DNA of 49,312 nt from Halomonas sp. (GTDB taxonomy: Bacteria; Pseudomonadota; Gammaproteobacteria; Pseudomonadales; Halomonadaceae), in the NCBI GenBank assembly GCA_003552795.1, contig PUOM01000263.1, positions 1-49,312 of the forward strand, in the 5' to 3' direction. Shown here one piece after another: positions 20,351-30,376 of this stretch. The stretch's first letter is position 1. Each line of letters begins with the position of its first letter. Under the pieces are notes generated by a model, which saw only the letters and a list, made by a program, of their open reading frames with translations, was not told the origin of the DNA and did no database searches. A program made the translations under genes and the position numbers.

Positions 20351-21601
20351 ATGGCCAAGACGTCCCTGGACAAGAGCAAGATCAAGGTCCTGCTACTCGA
20401 GGGGGTCCACCAGAGCGCGGTGGACAATCTGCGCAACGCCGGGTACTCGAATATCGAGCACCTGCCCACCTCGCTGGACGAGGCGGCGCTGATCGAGAAG
20501 ATTCGCGATGTCCACTTCATCGGCATTCGCTCTCGCACCCAGCTCAACGAGCGGGTCTTCGCCGCCGCCGAGAAGCTGGTGGCCGTGGGCTGCTTCTGCA
20601 TCGGCACCAACCAGGTCGATCTCAATGCGGCGCTGGTGCGAGGCATTCCGGTCTTCAACGCCCCCTACTCCAATACCCGCTCGGTGGCCGAGCTGGTGCT
20701 GGCCGAGGCGATCATGCTGCTGCGCGGCATCCCGGAGAAGAACGCCCTGGCCCACCGCGGCGGCTGGCAGAAGTCGGCGAAGAACTCCCACGAGGCCCGC
20801 GGCAAGACCCTGGGTATCGTCGGCTACGGCAGCATCGGCTCACAGCTTTCGGTACTCGCCGAGTCGCTGGGCTTCGACGTCATCTATTACGACGTGGTGG
20901 CCAAGCTCGGCATGGGCAACGCCCGCCAGGTGGCCAGCCTCGACGAGCTGCTGGGTCGCGCCGACGTGGTCAGCCTGCACGTGCCCGACCTGCCCTCCAC
21001 CAAGTGGATGATCGGCGCCGAGCAGATTGCGCGCATGAAGCAGGGCGGCATCCTGATCAACGCCGCTCGGGGCAGCGTGGTGGTGATCGAGGCCCTGGCC
21101 GAGGCGATCCAGGCCGGCAAGCTCAACGGTGCCGCCATCGACGTCTTCCCGGTGGAGCCCAAGGGCAACAACGAGGAGTTCGAAAGCCCCCTGCGCGGCC
21201 TGGACAACGTCATCCTCACCCCGCATATCGGCGGCTCCACCCTCGAGGCCCAGGAGAACATCGGCATCGAGGTCTCAGAGAAGCTGATCACCTATTCCGA
21301 CAACGGCACCACCGTCACCTCGGTCAACTTCCCCGAGGTCGCCCTGCCGGCCCACCCGGACAAGCACCGTCTGCTGCATATCCACGACAACGTGCCGGGG
21401 GTGCTCTCCGAGATCAACCGCGTGCTCTCCGAGAACGAAATCAACATCGCCGGCCAGTACCTGCAGACCAACGAGAAGGTCGGCTACGTAGTGATCGACG
21501 TCGACAAGGCCTACGGCCCCCAGGCGCTCGCGGCCCTGCGCCAGGTGGAGCACACCCTCAAGGTGCGGGTGCTCTACTCCGAGACCGGCCAGGACGCCTG
21601 A
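20351..21601 (+). CDS. serA: D-3-phosphoglycerate dehydrogenase
   Basis: MAKTSLDKSKIKVLLLEG, GIRSRT, GYGSIG, INAARG, TPHIGGST and C-terminal ACT domain. Confidence 0.98.
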   Translation: MAKTSLDKSKIKVLLLEGVHQSAVDNLRNAGYSNIEHLPTSLDEAALIEKIRDVHFIGIRSRTQLNERVFAAAEKLVAVGCFCIGTNQVDLNAALVRGIPVFNAPYSNTRSVAELVLAEAIMLLRGIPEKNALAHRGGWQKSAKNSHEARGKTLGIVGYGSIGSQLSVLAESLGFDVIYYDVVAKLGMGNARQVASLDELLGRADVVSLHVPDLPSTKWMIGAEQIARMKQGGILINAARGSVVVIEALAEAIQAGKLNGAAIDVFPVEPKGNNEEFESPLRGLDNVILTPHIGGSTLEAQENIGIEVSEKLITYSDNGTTVTSVNFPEVALPAHPDKHRLLHIHDNVPGVLSEINRVLSENEINIAGQYLQTNEKVGYVVIDVDKAYGPQALAALRQVEHTLKVRVLYSETGQDA

Positions 21602-21629
21602 CCCCTCTCGCCAGTGCCCGCAAGACTCG

Positions 21630-21659
21630 CCGCCGCGCCGCCTCGACGCGGCGGTTTTT
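21630..21659 (+). terminator. Intrinsic terminator after serA
   Basis: ccgccgcg-(9 nt)-cgcggcgg followed by ttttt. Confidence 0.75.
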
Positions 21660-21767
21660 CTTGATCGCCCCGCGAAGACGACGCCCATGGTCGAAGTGCG
21701 CGAGCGGGGCAAGGCGCGCTAGTCTGGTGGCGTCCGCCAGGGCATCGACAACTTCCGGGAGATTTTC

Positions 21768-22553
21768 ATGAGCGACTCGACTCCGCCCCTGCTGCGCCGC
21801 GACAGCGGCGGCGTGGCCACCCTGATCCTCAGCCGCCCGGACAGCTTCAACGCTCTCTCCGAGGAGATGCTGACGGCCCTCAGGGAGGAGCTCGGCCGGC
21901 TGGCCAACGACGGCAGCGTGCGCTGCGTGGTGATCGCCGCCGAGGGGCGCGCCTTCTGTGCCGGCCACGACCTCAAGCAGATGCGTGCCAACCCCGACAA
22001 GGCCTACTACCAGGAGCTGTTCACCCGCTGCGGCCGGGTGATGCAGGCCATCGTCGAGCTGCCGGTGCCGGTGATCGCCCGGGTTCAGGGCATCGCCACC
22101 GCCGCCGGCTGCCAGCTGGTGGCCAGCTGCGACCTGGCCGTGGCGGCGCGCTCGGCGCGCTTCGCCGTCTCCGGCATCAACGCCGGACTGTTCTGCTCCA
22201 CCCCGGCGGTGGCGCTGTCACGCAACGTCAGCCGCAAGCGCGCCATGGAGATGCTGCTGACCGGCGACTTCATCGACGCCGAGACCGCCCGGGACTGGGG
22301 GCTGGTCAACCGGGTCGCCGATGACGACGCCCTCGATGACGCCGTGGCCGAGCTTACCGACAGCCTCTGTGCCAAGAGCGCGGTGGCGGTGCGCACCGGC
22401 AAGGCCATGTTCCAGCGCCAGCTGCAGATGCCCCTGGAAGAGGCCTATGTCTTCGCCGGCGAGGTGATGGCCTGCAACATGATGGCCGAGGACGCCGGCG
22501 AGGGCATCGACGCCTTTATCGAGAAGCGCCAGCCCCGATGGCGCCATCGCTAG
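21768..22553 (+). CDS. Enoyl-CoA hydratase/isomerase family protein
   Basis: NALS, AFCAGHDL, PVIARVQG.ATAAGCQLVASCDL, GLFCSTP and EGIDAFIEKR. Confidence 0.92.
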   Translation: MSDSTPPLLRRDSGGVATLILSRPDSFNALSEEMLTALREELGRLANDGSVRCVVIAAEGRAFCAGHDLKQMRANPDKAYYQELFTRCGRVMQAIVELPVPVIARVQGIATAAGCQLVASCDLAVAARSARFAVSGINAGLFCSTPAVALSRNVSRKRAMEMLLTGDFIDAETARDWGLVNRVADDDALDDAVAELTDSLCAKSAVAVRTGKAMFQRQLQMPLEEAYVFAGEVMACNMMAEDAGEGIDAFIEKRQPRWRHR

Positions 22554-22620
22554 CCGGGGGCGCCATCGAGGGCGACGGCTGTCCGCCATGGCGCGGCCGA
22601 CCGCAACGCCCCGGAGGGTG

Positions 22621-22635
22621 TGGAAGCGATTTCCG
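22621..22635. promoter_or_regulatory. IclR-type operator upstream of iclR
   Basis: TGGAA-gcgat-TTCCG, same architecture as the box at 5511-5525. Confidence 0.55.
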
Positions 22636-22709
22636 CAGGCGCGACAGGCCACAGCCCACAGGGTATCCTGTGGGCCAACAGCAGTCAGGCGGCACGAGGA
22701 GAGTCGAAG

Positions 22710-23534
22710 GTGAGCGAGGTCAAGCGCAGAACGGCGGGACGCCCCGCCGGGTCAGGGAAGGCCACCGGCGGCCACAGCCAGTCGCTGGTGCGCGGGCTCA
22801 ACCTGCTCGAGCGCCTCTCGGCCAGCCCCGGGGGCCTGGCGCTCTCGGAGCTGGCCGAGCTGGCCGACCTCGCCCCCTCCACCACCCATCGCCTGCTCCA
22901 GGCGCTGCAGGGCCAGGGGTTCGTCACCCAGGACAGCGAGCTCGGCGTCTGGAAGATCGACGTCAAGACCTTCCGCATCGGCAACAGCTTCCTCGAGGCC
23001 CGCGACTTCGTGGCCACCAGCCGCCCCTTCCTGCGCCGCCTGACGGCCCTGACCGGCGAGACCGCCAACCTCGGCATCCGCGATGACGGCACCGCGGTAT
23101 TCCTGGCCCAGAGCGAGTCGTCGCAGATGATGCGCATGATCACCCGGCTGGGCTCCCGGGCGCCCCTGCACGCCTCCGGCGTCGGCAAGGCGCTGATGGC
23201 CTGGCTGCCCGACGACGAGCTCGCGCGTATCCTCGCCGATCAGGGCCTGACCCGCGTGACCGAGAACACCCTCCACACCCCGGAATCGCTGCGCGCCGGC
23301 CTCGCCGAGATTCGCCGCCAAGGCTTCGCCTGCGACCGCGAGGAGCACGCCATCGGCCTGCACTGCGTGGCCGCCTGCCTGCATGACGAGCACGGCATCC
23401 CGCTGGCCGCCATCTCGGTCTCCGGGCCCGTGGCGCGCATTCCCGAGGCGCGCCTGCTGGAGCTGGGCGAGCTGGTGCGCGATACCGCCGCCGAGATCAC
23501 CGCCCGGCTGGGCGGGCGCTTGCCGGACGCCTGA
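22710..23534 (+). CDS. iclR: IclR-family regulator (glyoxylate-bypass repressor-like)
   Basis: QSLVRGLNLLE, STTHRLL..LQ.QGFV, GETANL, LHASGVGKA and GLHCVAA. GTG start after gaggag gives 274 aa. Confidence 0.85.
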   Translation: MSEVKRRTAGRPAGSGKATGGHSQSLVRGLNLLERLSASPGGLALSELAELADLAPSTTHRLLQALQGQGFVTQDSELGVWKIDVKTFRIGNSFLEARDFVATSRPFLRRLTALTGETANLGIRDDGTAVFLAQSESSQMMRMITRLGSRAPLHASGVGKALMAWLPDDELARILADQGLTRVTENTLHTPESLRAGLAEIRRQGFACDREEHAIGLHCVAACLHDEHGIPLAAISVSGPVARIPEARLLELGELVRDTAAEITARLGGRLPDA

Positions 23535-23544
23535 GTCAATGGGC

Positions 23545-23582
23545 GACACCTCCTGTTCGCTTGACGCGTCACAAGCGGTATC
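23545..23582. promoter_or_regulatory. Putative PaaX operator upstream of paaX
   Basis: GACACC-N26-GGTATC, compared with the Pseudomonas-type GATACA-N26-TGTATC. Confidence 0.45.
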
Positions 23583-23668
23583 ATGTCGAGATGACCGTTG
23601 CCGCGGCCAGGCGTGCTCCCGCCATCGCCTCCCTGCGGCCCCCACCCGGCAAGCTCCAAGGTTTCGAC

Positions 23669-24637
23669 ATGCCCTCCGCCAGCGAATGCGTCACTGCCCT
23701 TATCGATGACTTCCAGCAGCGCCGCCCGATCCGGGCCGGTTCGCTGATCATCACCGTCTACGGCGATGCCATCGCGCCCCGCGGCGGTACCGTCTGGCTG
23801 GGCAGCCTGTCGAAGCTGGTCGAGCCGATCGGTATCAACGAGCGGCTGGTGCGCACCTCGGTCTATCGCCTGACCCGGGAGACCTGGCTGCAGGGCGAGA
23901 AGGTCGGCCGCCGCAGCTACTACAGCCTGAGCGGACCGGGTCGACGCCGCTTCGAGCAGGCCTTCAAGCGCGTCTACCACGGAACCCAGGCGCCCTGGTC
24001 GGGGCAGTGGACCCTGGTGCTGCTGACCCAGGTGGACAGCGCCCGGCGCCAGAAGGTGCGCGACGAGCTGGAGTGGCTGGGTTTCGGCCACTTCGCTCCC
24101 GGCCTGCTGGCCCATCCGCTGCTCAGCCGCAGCGACGCCATGGCCGCCCTCCTGGAGCAGGGAGCCGCCGACGAGGCCATCGTGATGCAGACCGAGGCTC
24201 TGGAGCCCCTGGCCAGCAAGCCGCTGCGCCTGCAGGTCCGCGAAAGCTGGAGCCTCGACGAGCTGGCCGAGCACTACCAGCACTTTCTGACCCTGTTCCG
24301 CCCGCTGTGGAAGGCGCTCAACGAGGAGAACCACCTCGGCGAGGAGGCCTGCTTCATCGCCCGCACCCTGCTGATCCACGAGTACCGCCGGGTGCAGCTG
24401 CGCGACCCGCAGCTGCCCGACGAGCTGCTGCCCACCGCCTGGGAGGGGCGCAACGCCCACCAGCTGTGCCGCAACATCTATCGCATGATCTACCGCCGCG
24501 CCGAGAACTGGCTGGACCGCCATCTGGAGACCGCAGAGGGCCCCCTCCCGGCGCCCGGCCCCAGCTTCTACCGGCGTTTCGGCGGGCTTGAGCCGTTTGC
24601 ACAGAGAGAGCCCGGAGAGCCGCTTCCGGCCCCCTGA
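23669..24637 (+). CDS. paaX: Phenylacetate catabolism repressor
   Basis: RAGSLIITVYGDAI..RGG.VWLGSL, RTSVYRL, ELEWLGFG, LIHEYRR..LRDPQLP.ELLP..W.G and FYRRFGGL. Confidence 0.95.
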   Translation: MPSASECVTALIDDFQQRRPIRAGSLIITVYGDAIAPRGGTVWLGSLSKLVEPIGINERLVRTSVYRLTRETWLQGEKVGRRSYYSLSGPGRRRFEQAFKRVYHGTQAPWSGQWTLVLLTQVDSARRQKVRDELEWLGFGHFAPGLLAHPLLSRSDAMAALLEQGAADEAIVMQTEALEPLASKPLRLQVRESWSLDELAEHYQHFLTLFRPLWKALNEENHLGEEACFIARTLLIHEYRRVQLRDPQLPDELLPTAWEGRNAHQLCRNIYRMIYRRAENWLDRHLETAEGPLPAPGPSFYRRFGGLEPFAQREPGEPLPAP

Positions 24638-24675
24638 ACGCGAGCGCCCCCTGCCATGGCAGGGGGCGCTCGCGT
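24638..24675. other. Palindrome axis; GC-rich hairpin after paaX (possibly its native terminator)
   Basis: acgcgagcgccccctgcca|tggcagggggcgctcgcgt between the two paaX stops. Confidence 0.9.
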
Positions 24676-25644
24676 TCAGGGGGCCGGAAGCGGCTCTCCG
24701 GGCTCTCTCTGTGCAAACGGCTCAAGCCCGCCGAAACGCCGGTAGAAGCTGGGGCCGGGCGCCGGGAGGGGGCCCTCTGCGGTCTCCAGATGGCGGTCCA
24801 GCCAGTTCTCGGCGCGGCGGTAGATCATGCGATAGATGTTGCGGCACAGCTGGTGGGCGTTGCGCCCCTCCCAGGCGGTGGGCAGCAGCTCGTCGGGCAG
24901 CTGCGGGTCGCGCAGCTGCACCCGGCGGTACTCGTGGATCAGCAGGGTGCGGGCGATGAAGCAGGCCTCCTCGCCGAGGTGGTTCTCCTCGTTGAGCGCC
25001 TTCCACAGCGGGCGGAACAGGGTCAGAAAGTGCTGGTAGTGCTCGGCCAGCTCGTCGAGGCTCCAGCTTTCGCGGACCTGCAGGCGCAGCGGCTTGCTGG
25101 CCAGGGGCTCCAGAGCCTCGGTCTGCATCACGATGGCCTCGTCGGCGGCTCCCTGCTCCAGGAGGGCGGCCATGGCGTCGCTGCGGCTGAGCAGCGGATG
25201 GGCCAGCAGGCCGGGAGCGAAGTGGCCGAAACCCAGCCACTCCAGCTCGTCGCGCACCTTCTGGCGCCGGGCGCTGTCCACCTGGGTCAGCAGCACCAGG
25301 GTCCACTGCCCCGACCAGGGCGCCTGGGTTCCGTGGTAGACGCGCTTGAAGGCCTGCTCGAAGCGGCGTCGACCCGGTCCGCTCAGGCTGTAGTAGCTGC
25401 GGCGGCCGACCTTCTCGCCCTGCAGCCAGGTCTCCCGGGTCAGGCGATAGACCGAGGTGCGCACCAGCCGCTCGTTGATACCGATCGGCTCGACCAGCTT
25501 CGACAGGCTGCCCAGCCAGACGGTACCGCCGCGGGGCGCGATGGCATCGCCGTAGACGGTGATGATCAGCGAACCGGCCCGGATCGGGCGGCGCTGCTGG
25601 AAGTCATCGATAAGGGCAGTGACGCATTCGCTGGCGGAGGGCAT
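24676..25644 (-). CDS. paaX: PaaX (mirror copy)
   Basis: Reverse complement of 23669-24637. Confidence 0.93.
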   Translation of the reverse strand: MPSASECVTALIDDFQQRRPIRAGSLIITVYGDAIAPRGGTVWLGSLSKLVEPIGINERLVRTSVYRLTRETWLQGEKVGRRSYYSLSGPGRRRFEQAFKRVYHGTQAPWSGQWTLVLLTQVDSARRQKVRDELEWLGFGHFAPGLLAHPLLSRSDAMAALLEQGAADEAIVMQTEALEPLASKPLRLQVRESWSLDELAEHYQHFLTLFRPLWKALNEENHLGEEACFIARTLLIHEYRRVQLRDPQLPDELLPTAWEGRNAHQLCRNIYRMIYRRAENWLDRHLETAEGPLPAPGPSFYRRFGGLEPFAQREPGEPLPAP

Positions 25645-25778
25645 GTCGAAACCTTGGAGCTTGCCGGGTGGGGGCCGCAGGGAGGCGATGGCGGGAGCAC
25701 GCCTGGCCGCGGCAACGGTCATCTCGACATGATACCGCTTGTGACGCGTCAAGCGAACAGGAGGTGTCGCCCATTGAC

Positions 25779-26603
25779 TCAGGCGTCCGGCAAGCGCCCG
25801 CCCAGCCGGGCGGTGATCTCGGCGGCGGTATCGCGCACCAGCTCGCCCAGCTCCAGCAGGCGCGCCTCGGGAATGCGCGCCACGGGCCCGGAGACCGAGA
25901 TGGCGGCCAGCGGGATGCCGTGCTCGTCATGCAGGCAGGCGGCCACGCAGTGCAGGCCGATGGCGTGCTCCTCGCGGTCGCAGGCGAAGCCTTGGCGGCG
26001 AATCTCGGCGAGGCCGGCGCGCAGCGATTCCGGGGTGTGGAGGGTGTTCTCGGTCACGCGGGTCAGGCCCTGATCGGCGAGGATACGCGCGAGCTCGTCG
26101 TCGGGCAGCCAGGCCATCAGCGCCTTGCCGACGCCGGAGGCGTGCAGGGGCGCCCGGGAGCCCAGCCGGGTGATCATGCGCATCATCTGCGACGACTCGC
26201 TCTGGGCCAGGAATACCGCGGTGCCGTCATCGCGGATGCCGAGGTTGGCGGTCTCGCCGGTCAGGGCCGTCAGGCGGCGCAGGAAGGGGCGGCTGGTGGC
26301 CACGAAGTCGCGGGCCTCGAGGAAGCTGTTGCCGATGCGGAAGGTCTTGACGTCGATCTTCCAGACGCCGAGCTCGCTGTCCTGGGTGACGAACCCCTGG
26401 CCCTGCAGCGCCTGGAGCAGGCGATGGGTGGTGGAGGGGGCGAGGTCGGCCAGCTCGGCCAGCTCCGAGAGCGCCAGGCCCCCGGGGCTGGCCGAGAGGC
26501 GCTCGAGCAGGTTGAGCCCGCGCACCAGCGACTGGCTGTGGCCGCCGGTGGCCTTCCCTGACCCGGCGGGGCGTCCCGCCGTTCTGCGCTTGACCTCGCT
26601 CAC
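25779..26603 (-). CDS. iclR: IclR-family regulator (mirror copy)
   Basis: Reverse complement of 22710-23534. Confidence 0.85.
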   Translation of the reverse strand: MSEVKRRTAGRPAGSGKATGGHSQSLVRGLNLLERLSASPGGLALSELAELADLAPSTTHRLLQALQGQGFVTQDSELGVWKIDVKTFRIGNSFLEARDFVATSRPFLRRLTALTGETANLGIRDDGTAVFLAQSESSQMMRMITRLGSRAPLHASGVGKALMAWLPDDELARILADQGLTRVTENTLHTPESLRAGLAEIRRQGFACDREEHAIGLHCVAACLHDEHGIPLAAISVSGPVARIPEARLLELGELVRDTAAEITARLGGRLPDA

Positions 26604-26759
26604 CTTCGACTCTCCTCGTGCCGCCTGACTGCTGTTGGCCCACAGGATACCCTGTGGGCTGTGGCCTGTCGCGCCTGCGGAAATCGCTTCCACACCCTCC
26701 GGGGCGTTGCGGTCGGCCGCGCCATGGCGGACAGCCGTCGCCCTCGATGGCGCCCCCGG

Positions 26760-27545
26760 CTAGCGATGGCGCCATCGGGGCTGGCGCTTCTCGATAAAGG
26801 CGTCGATGCCCTCGCCGGCGTCCTCGGCCATCATGTTGCAGGCCATCACCTCGCCGGCGAAGACATAGGCCTCTTCCAGGGGCATCTGCAGCTGGCGCTG
26901 GAACATGGCCTTGCCGGTGCGCACCGCCACCGCGCTCTTGGCACAGAGGCTGTCGGTAAGCTCGGCCACGGCGTCATCGAGGGCGTCGTCATCGGCGACC
27001 CGGTTGACCAGCCCCCAGTCCCGGGCGGTCTCGGCGTCGATGAAGTCGCCGGTCAGCAGCATCTCCATGGCGCGCTTGCGGCTGACGTTGCGTGACAGCG
27101 CCACCGCCGGGGTGGAGCAGAACAGTCCGGCGTTGATGCCGGAGACGGCGAAGCGCGCCGAGCGCGCCGCCACGGCCAGGTCGCAGCTGGCCACCAGCTG
27201 GCAGCCGGCGGCGGTGGCGATGCCCTGAACCCGGGCGATCACCGGCACCGGCAGCTCGACGATGGCCTGCATCACCCGGCCGCAGCGGGTGAACAGCTCC
27301 TGGTAGTAGGCCTTGTCGGGGTTGGCACGCATCTGCTTGAGGTCGTGGCCGGCACAGAAGGCGCGCCCCTCGGCGGCGATCACCACGCAGCGCACGCTGC
27401 CGTCGTTGGCCAGCCGGCCGAGCTCCTCCCTGAGGGCCGTCAGCATCTCCTCGGAGAGAGCGTTGAAGCTGTCCGGGCGGCTGAGGATCAGGGTGGCCAC
27501 GCCGCCGCTGTCGCGGCGCAGCAGGGGCGGAGTCGAGTCGCTCAT
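26760..27545 (-). CDS. Enoyl-CoA hydratase (mirror copy)
   Basis: Reverse complement of 21768-22553. Confidence 0.9.
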   Translation of the reverse strand: MSDSTPPLLRRDSGGVATLILSRPDSFNALSEEMLTALREELGRLANDGSVRCVVIAAEGRAFCAGHDLKQMRANPDKAYYQELFTRCGRVMQAIVELPVPVIARVQGIATAAGCQLVASCDLAVAARSARFAVSGINAGLFCSTPAVALSRNVSRKRAMEMLLTGDFIDAETARDWGLVNRVADDDALDDAVAELTDSLCAKSAVAVRTGKAMFQRQLQMPLEEAYVFAGEVMACNMMAEDAGEGIDAFIEKRQPRWRHR

Positions 27546-27711
27546 GAAAATCTCCCGGAAGTTGTCGATGCCCTGGCGGACGCCACCAGACTAGCGCGCC
27601 TTGCCCCGCTCGCGCACTTCGACCATGGGCGTCGTCTTCGCGGGGCGATCAAGAAAAACCGCCGCGTCGAGGCGGCGCGGCGGCGAGTCTTGCGGGCACT
27701 GGCGAGAGGGG

Positions 27712-28962
27712 TCAGGCGTCCTGGCCGGTCTCGGAGTAGAGCACCCGCACCTTGAGGGTGTGCTCCACCTGGCGCAGGGCCGCGAGCGCCTGGGGGCCGT
27801 AGGCCTTGTCGACGTCGATCACTACGTAGCCGACCTTCTCGTTGGTCTGCAGGTACTGGCCGGCGATGTTGATTTCGTTCTCGGAGAGCACGCGGTTGAT
27901 CTCGGAGAGCACCCCCGGCACGTTGTCGTGGATATGCAGCAGACGGTGCTTGTCCGGGTGGGCCGGCAGGGCGACCTCGGGGAAGTTGACCGAGGTGACG
28001 GTGGTGCCGTTGTCGGAATAGGTGATCAGCTTCTCTGAGACCTCGATGCCGATGTTCTCCTGGGCCTCGAGGGTGGAGCCGCCGATATGCGGGGTGAGGA
28101 TGACGTTGTCCAGGCCGCGCAGGGGGCTTTCGAACTCCTCGTTGTTGCCCTTGGGCTCCACCGGGAAGACGTCGATGGCGGCACCGTTGAGCTTGCCGGC
28201 CTGGATCGCCTCGGCCAGGGCCTCGATCACCACCACGCTGCCCCGAGCGGCGTTGATCAGGATGCCGCCCTGCTTCATGCGCGCAATCTGCTCGGCGCCG
28301 ATCATCCACTTGGTGGAGGGCAGGTCGGGCACGTGCAGGCTGACCACGTCGGCGCGACCCAGCAGCTCGTCGAGGCTGGCCACCTGGCGGGCGTTGCCCA
28401 TGCCGAGCTTGGCCACCACGTCGTAATAGATGACGTCGAAGCCCAGCGACTCGGCGAGTACCGAAAGCTGTGAGCCGATGCTGCCGTAGCCGACGATACC
28501 CAGGGTCTTGCCGCGGGCCTCGTGGGAGTTCTTCGCCGACTTCTGCCAGCCGCCGCGGTGGGCCAGGGCGTTCTTCTCCGGGATGCCGCGCAGCAGCATG
28601 ATCGCCTCGGCCAGCACCAGCTCGGCCACCGAGCGGGTATTGGAGTAGGGGGCGTTGAAGACCGGAATGCCTCGCACCAGCGCCGCATTGAGATCGACCT
28701 GGTTGGTGCCGATGCAGAAGCAGCCCACGGCCACCAGCTTCTCGGCGGCGGCGAAGACCCGCTCGTTGAGCTGGGTGCGAGAGCGAATGCCGATGAAGTG
28801 GACATCGCGAATCTTCTCGATCAGCGCCGCCTCGTCCAGCGAGGTGGGCAGGTGCTCGATATTCGAGTACCCGGCGTTGCGCAGATTGTCCACCGCGCTC
28901 TGGTGGACCCCCTCGAGTAGCAGGACCTTGATCTTGCTCTTGTCCAGGGACGTCTTGGCCAT
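27712..28962 (-). CDS. serA: D-3-phosphoglycerate dehydrogenase (mirror copy)
   Basis: Reverse complement of 20351-21601. Confidence 0.96.
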   Translation of the reverse strand: MAKTSLDKSKIKVLLLEGVHQSAVDNLRNAGYSNIEHLPTSLDEAALIEKIRDVHFIGIRSRTQLNERVFAAAEKLVAVGCFCIGTNQVDLNAALVRGIPVFNAPYSNTRSVAELVLAEAIMLLRGIPEKNALAHRGGWQKSAKNSHEARGKTLGIVGYGSIGSQLSVLAESLGFDVIYYDVVAKLGMGNARQVASLDELLGRADVVSLHVPDLPSTKWMIGAEQIARMKQGGILINAARGSVVVIEALAEAIQAGKLNGAAIDVFPVEPKGNNEEFESPLRGLDNVILTPHIGGSTLEAQENIGIEVSEKLITYSDNGTTVTSVNFPEVALPAHPDKHRLLHIHDNVPGVLSEINRVLSENEINIAGQYLQTNEKVGYVVIDVDKAYGPQALAALRQVEHTLKVRVLYSETGQDA

Positions 28963-29195
28963 GGTCGAATCAACCCCTTCCGGCGCGAGCCGCATGCAGT
29001 GACAGGTAGGAAAAAAGAGGCGCTATTCTAGCACAGGCCGGCCATGAGCCAGGATGAAAATGCTGTGCCGTCATGATGAACGCCGTGCAAGTCAAGGCCT
29101 CCGACGCCGGGGCAGACGACCCCCGGGGGTGAGCGTGTATACTGTCGCCTTTCGAGACGCCGAAATGATCGGGCGCAAGCGGGGCGAGGTGAGCG

Positions 29196-29486
29196 ATGGC
29201 GGAGCGCAGGCAAGGGCCCGAGGGGCAGGAGAGCGACGCGGCGGAAACGGTCGATTTCGCCACTACCGTCGATGGTCTCGAGCGGCTCGTCGAGCGGCTC
29301 GAGTCCGGCGAGCTGACGCTGGAGGCCTCTCTGGCCGCCTTCGAGGAGGGCATTCGTCTGACCCGCGATGCCCAGCGCCGGCTCGATGAGGCCGAGCTCC
29401 GGGTGCGCACCCTGACGGAGGGAGCCGAGGGCGGTATGGCCCTGGCGCCCTTCGCTCCGCCCGTGGAGGACGATAGTGAACGCTGA
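29196..29486 (+). CDS. xseB: Exonuclease VII small subunit (mirror copy)
   Basis: Reverse complement of 19827-20117. Confidence 0.92.
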   Translation: MAERRQGPEGQESDAAETVDFATTVDGLERLVERLESGELTLEASLAAFEEGIRLTRDAQRRLDEAELRVRTLTEGAEGGMALAPFAPPVEDDSER

Positions 29487-30360
29487 GACTCTGGCGGCCG
29501 GACTGGCCGCCGATCGCGCCCGGGTGGATGCCCGGCTGGAAGCGCTGTTCGGCGAGGGAGATGCCGCGGTGCCGCGTCTGGACGCCGCCATGCGCCACGG
29601 CGTGCTGGTGGGCGGCAAGCGGCTGCGTCCGGTGCTGGTCTACGCCGCCGGCCGCGCCCTGGGCGCCGAACAGAGCGCTCTGGACTTTCCGGCCATGGCC
29701 ATCGAGCTGGTGCACGCCTACTCCCTGGTCCACGATGACCTGCCGGCCATGGACGACGACGACCTGCGCCGCGGGCAGCCCACGGTGCACCGCGCCTATG
29801 ACGAAGCCACCGCCATTCTTGCCGGCGACGCCCTCCAGGCGCTGGCCTTCGAGGTGCTGGCCCGGAACAGCCATTCGCGCCTGCCGGCGATGGTGCGCAC
29901 CCTGGCCGGGGCCGCCGGCCGCGATGGCATGGTGGCCGGCCAGGCGCTGGACCTGGCCGCGGTTGGGGGGCACCCCGACGTCTGCGCGCTGGCCACCATG
30001 CACGGCCACAAGACCGGCGCGCTGATCCGCGCCGCGGTGCGCCTGGGCGGGCTGGTCGCCGTGGCCGAGGATGACCCGCGCCTGGACGCCCTGGACGCCT
30101 ATGCACGCGCCATCGGCCTGGCCTTCCAGATCCATGACGATGTCCTCGATGTTACCGGCGACACCGCGACTCTGGGCAAGGTGTCCGGGGCCGATGCCGC
30201 CCGCGACAAGCCCACCTATCCGGCCCTGCTGGGCCTTGAAGGCGCTCGCGCTCGTGCGGCAGAGCTGGTGGAGAACGCCGTGGCTGCCCTCGCCCCGCTG
30301 GGTGACGGTGCCGCTCCCCTGACAGCCCTGGCCCGCTACATGATCGAGCGCGACCACTGA
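29476..30360 (+). CDS. ispA: Farnesyl diphosphate synthase (mirror copy)
   Basis: Reverse complement of 18953-19837. Confidence 0.95.
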   Translation: MNAETLAAGLAADRARVDARLEALFGEGDAAVPRLDAAMRHGVLVGGKRLRPVLVYAAGRALGAEQSALDFPAMAIELVHAYSLVHDDLPAMDDDDLRRGQPTVHRAYDEATAILAGDALQALAFEVLARNSHSRLPAMVRTLAGAAGRDGMVAGQALDLAAVGGHPDVCALATMHGHKTGALIRAAVRLGGLVAVAEDDPRLDALDAYARAIGLAFQIHDDVLDVTGDTATLGKVSGADAARDKPTYPALLGLEGARARAAELVENAVAALAPLGDGAAPLTALARYMIERDH

Positions 30361-30376
30361 TACGACAGATGAGCCC

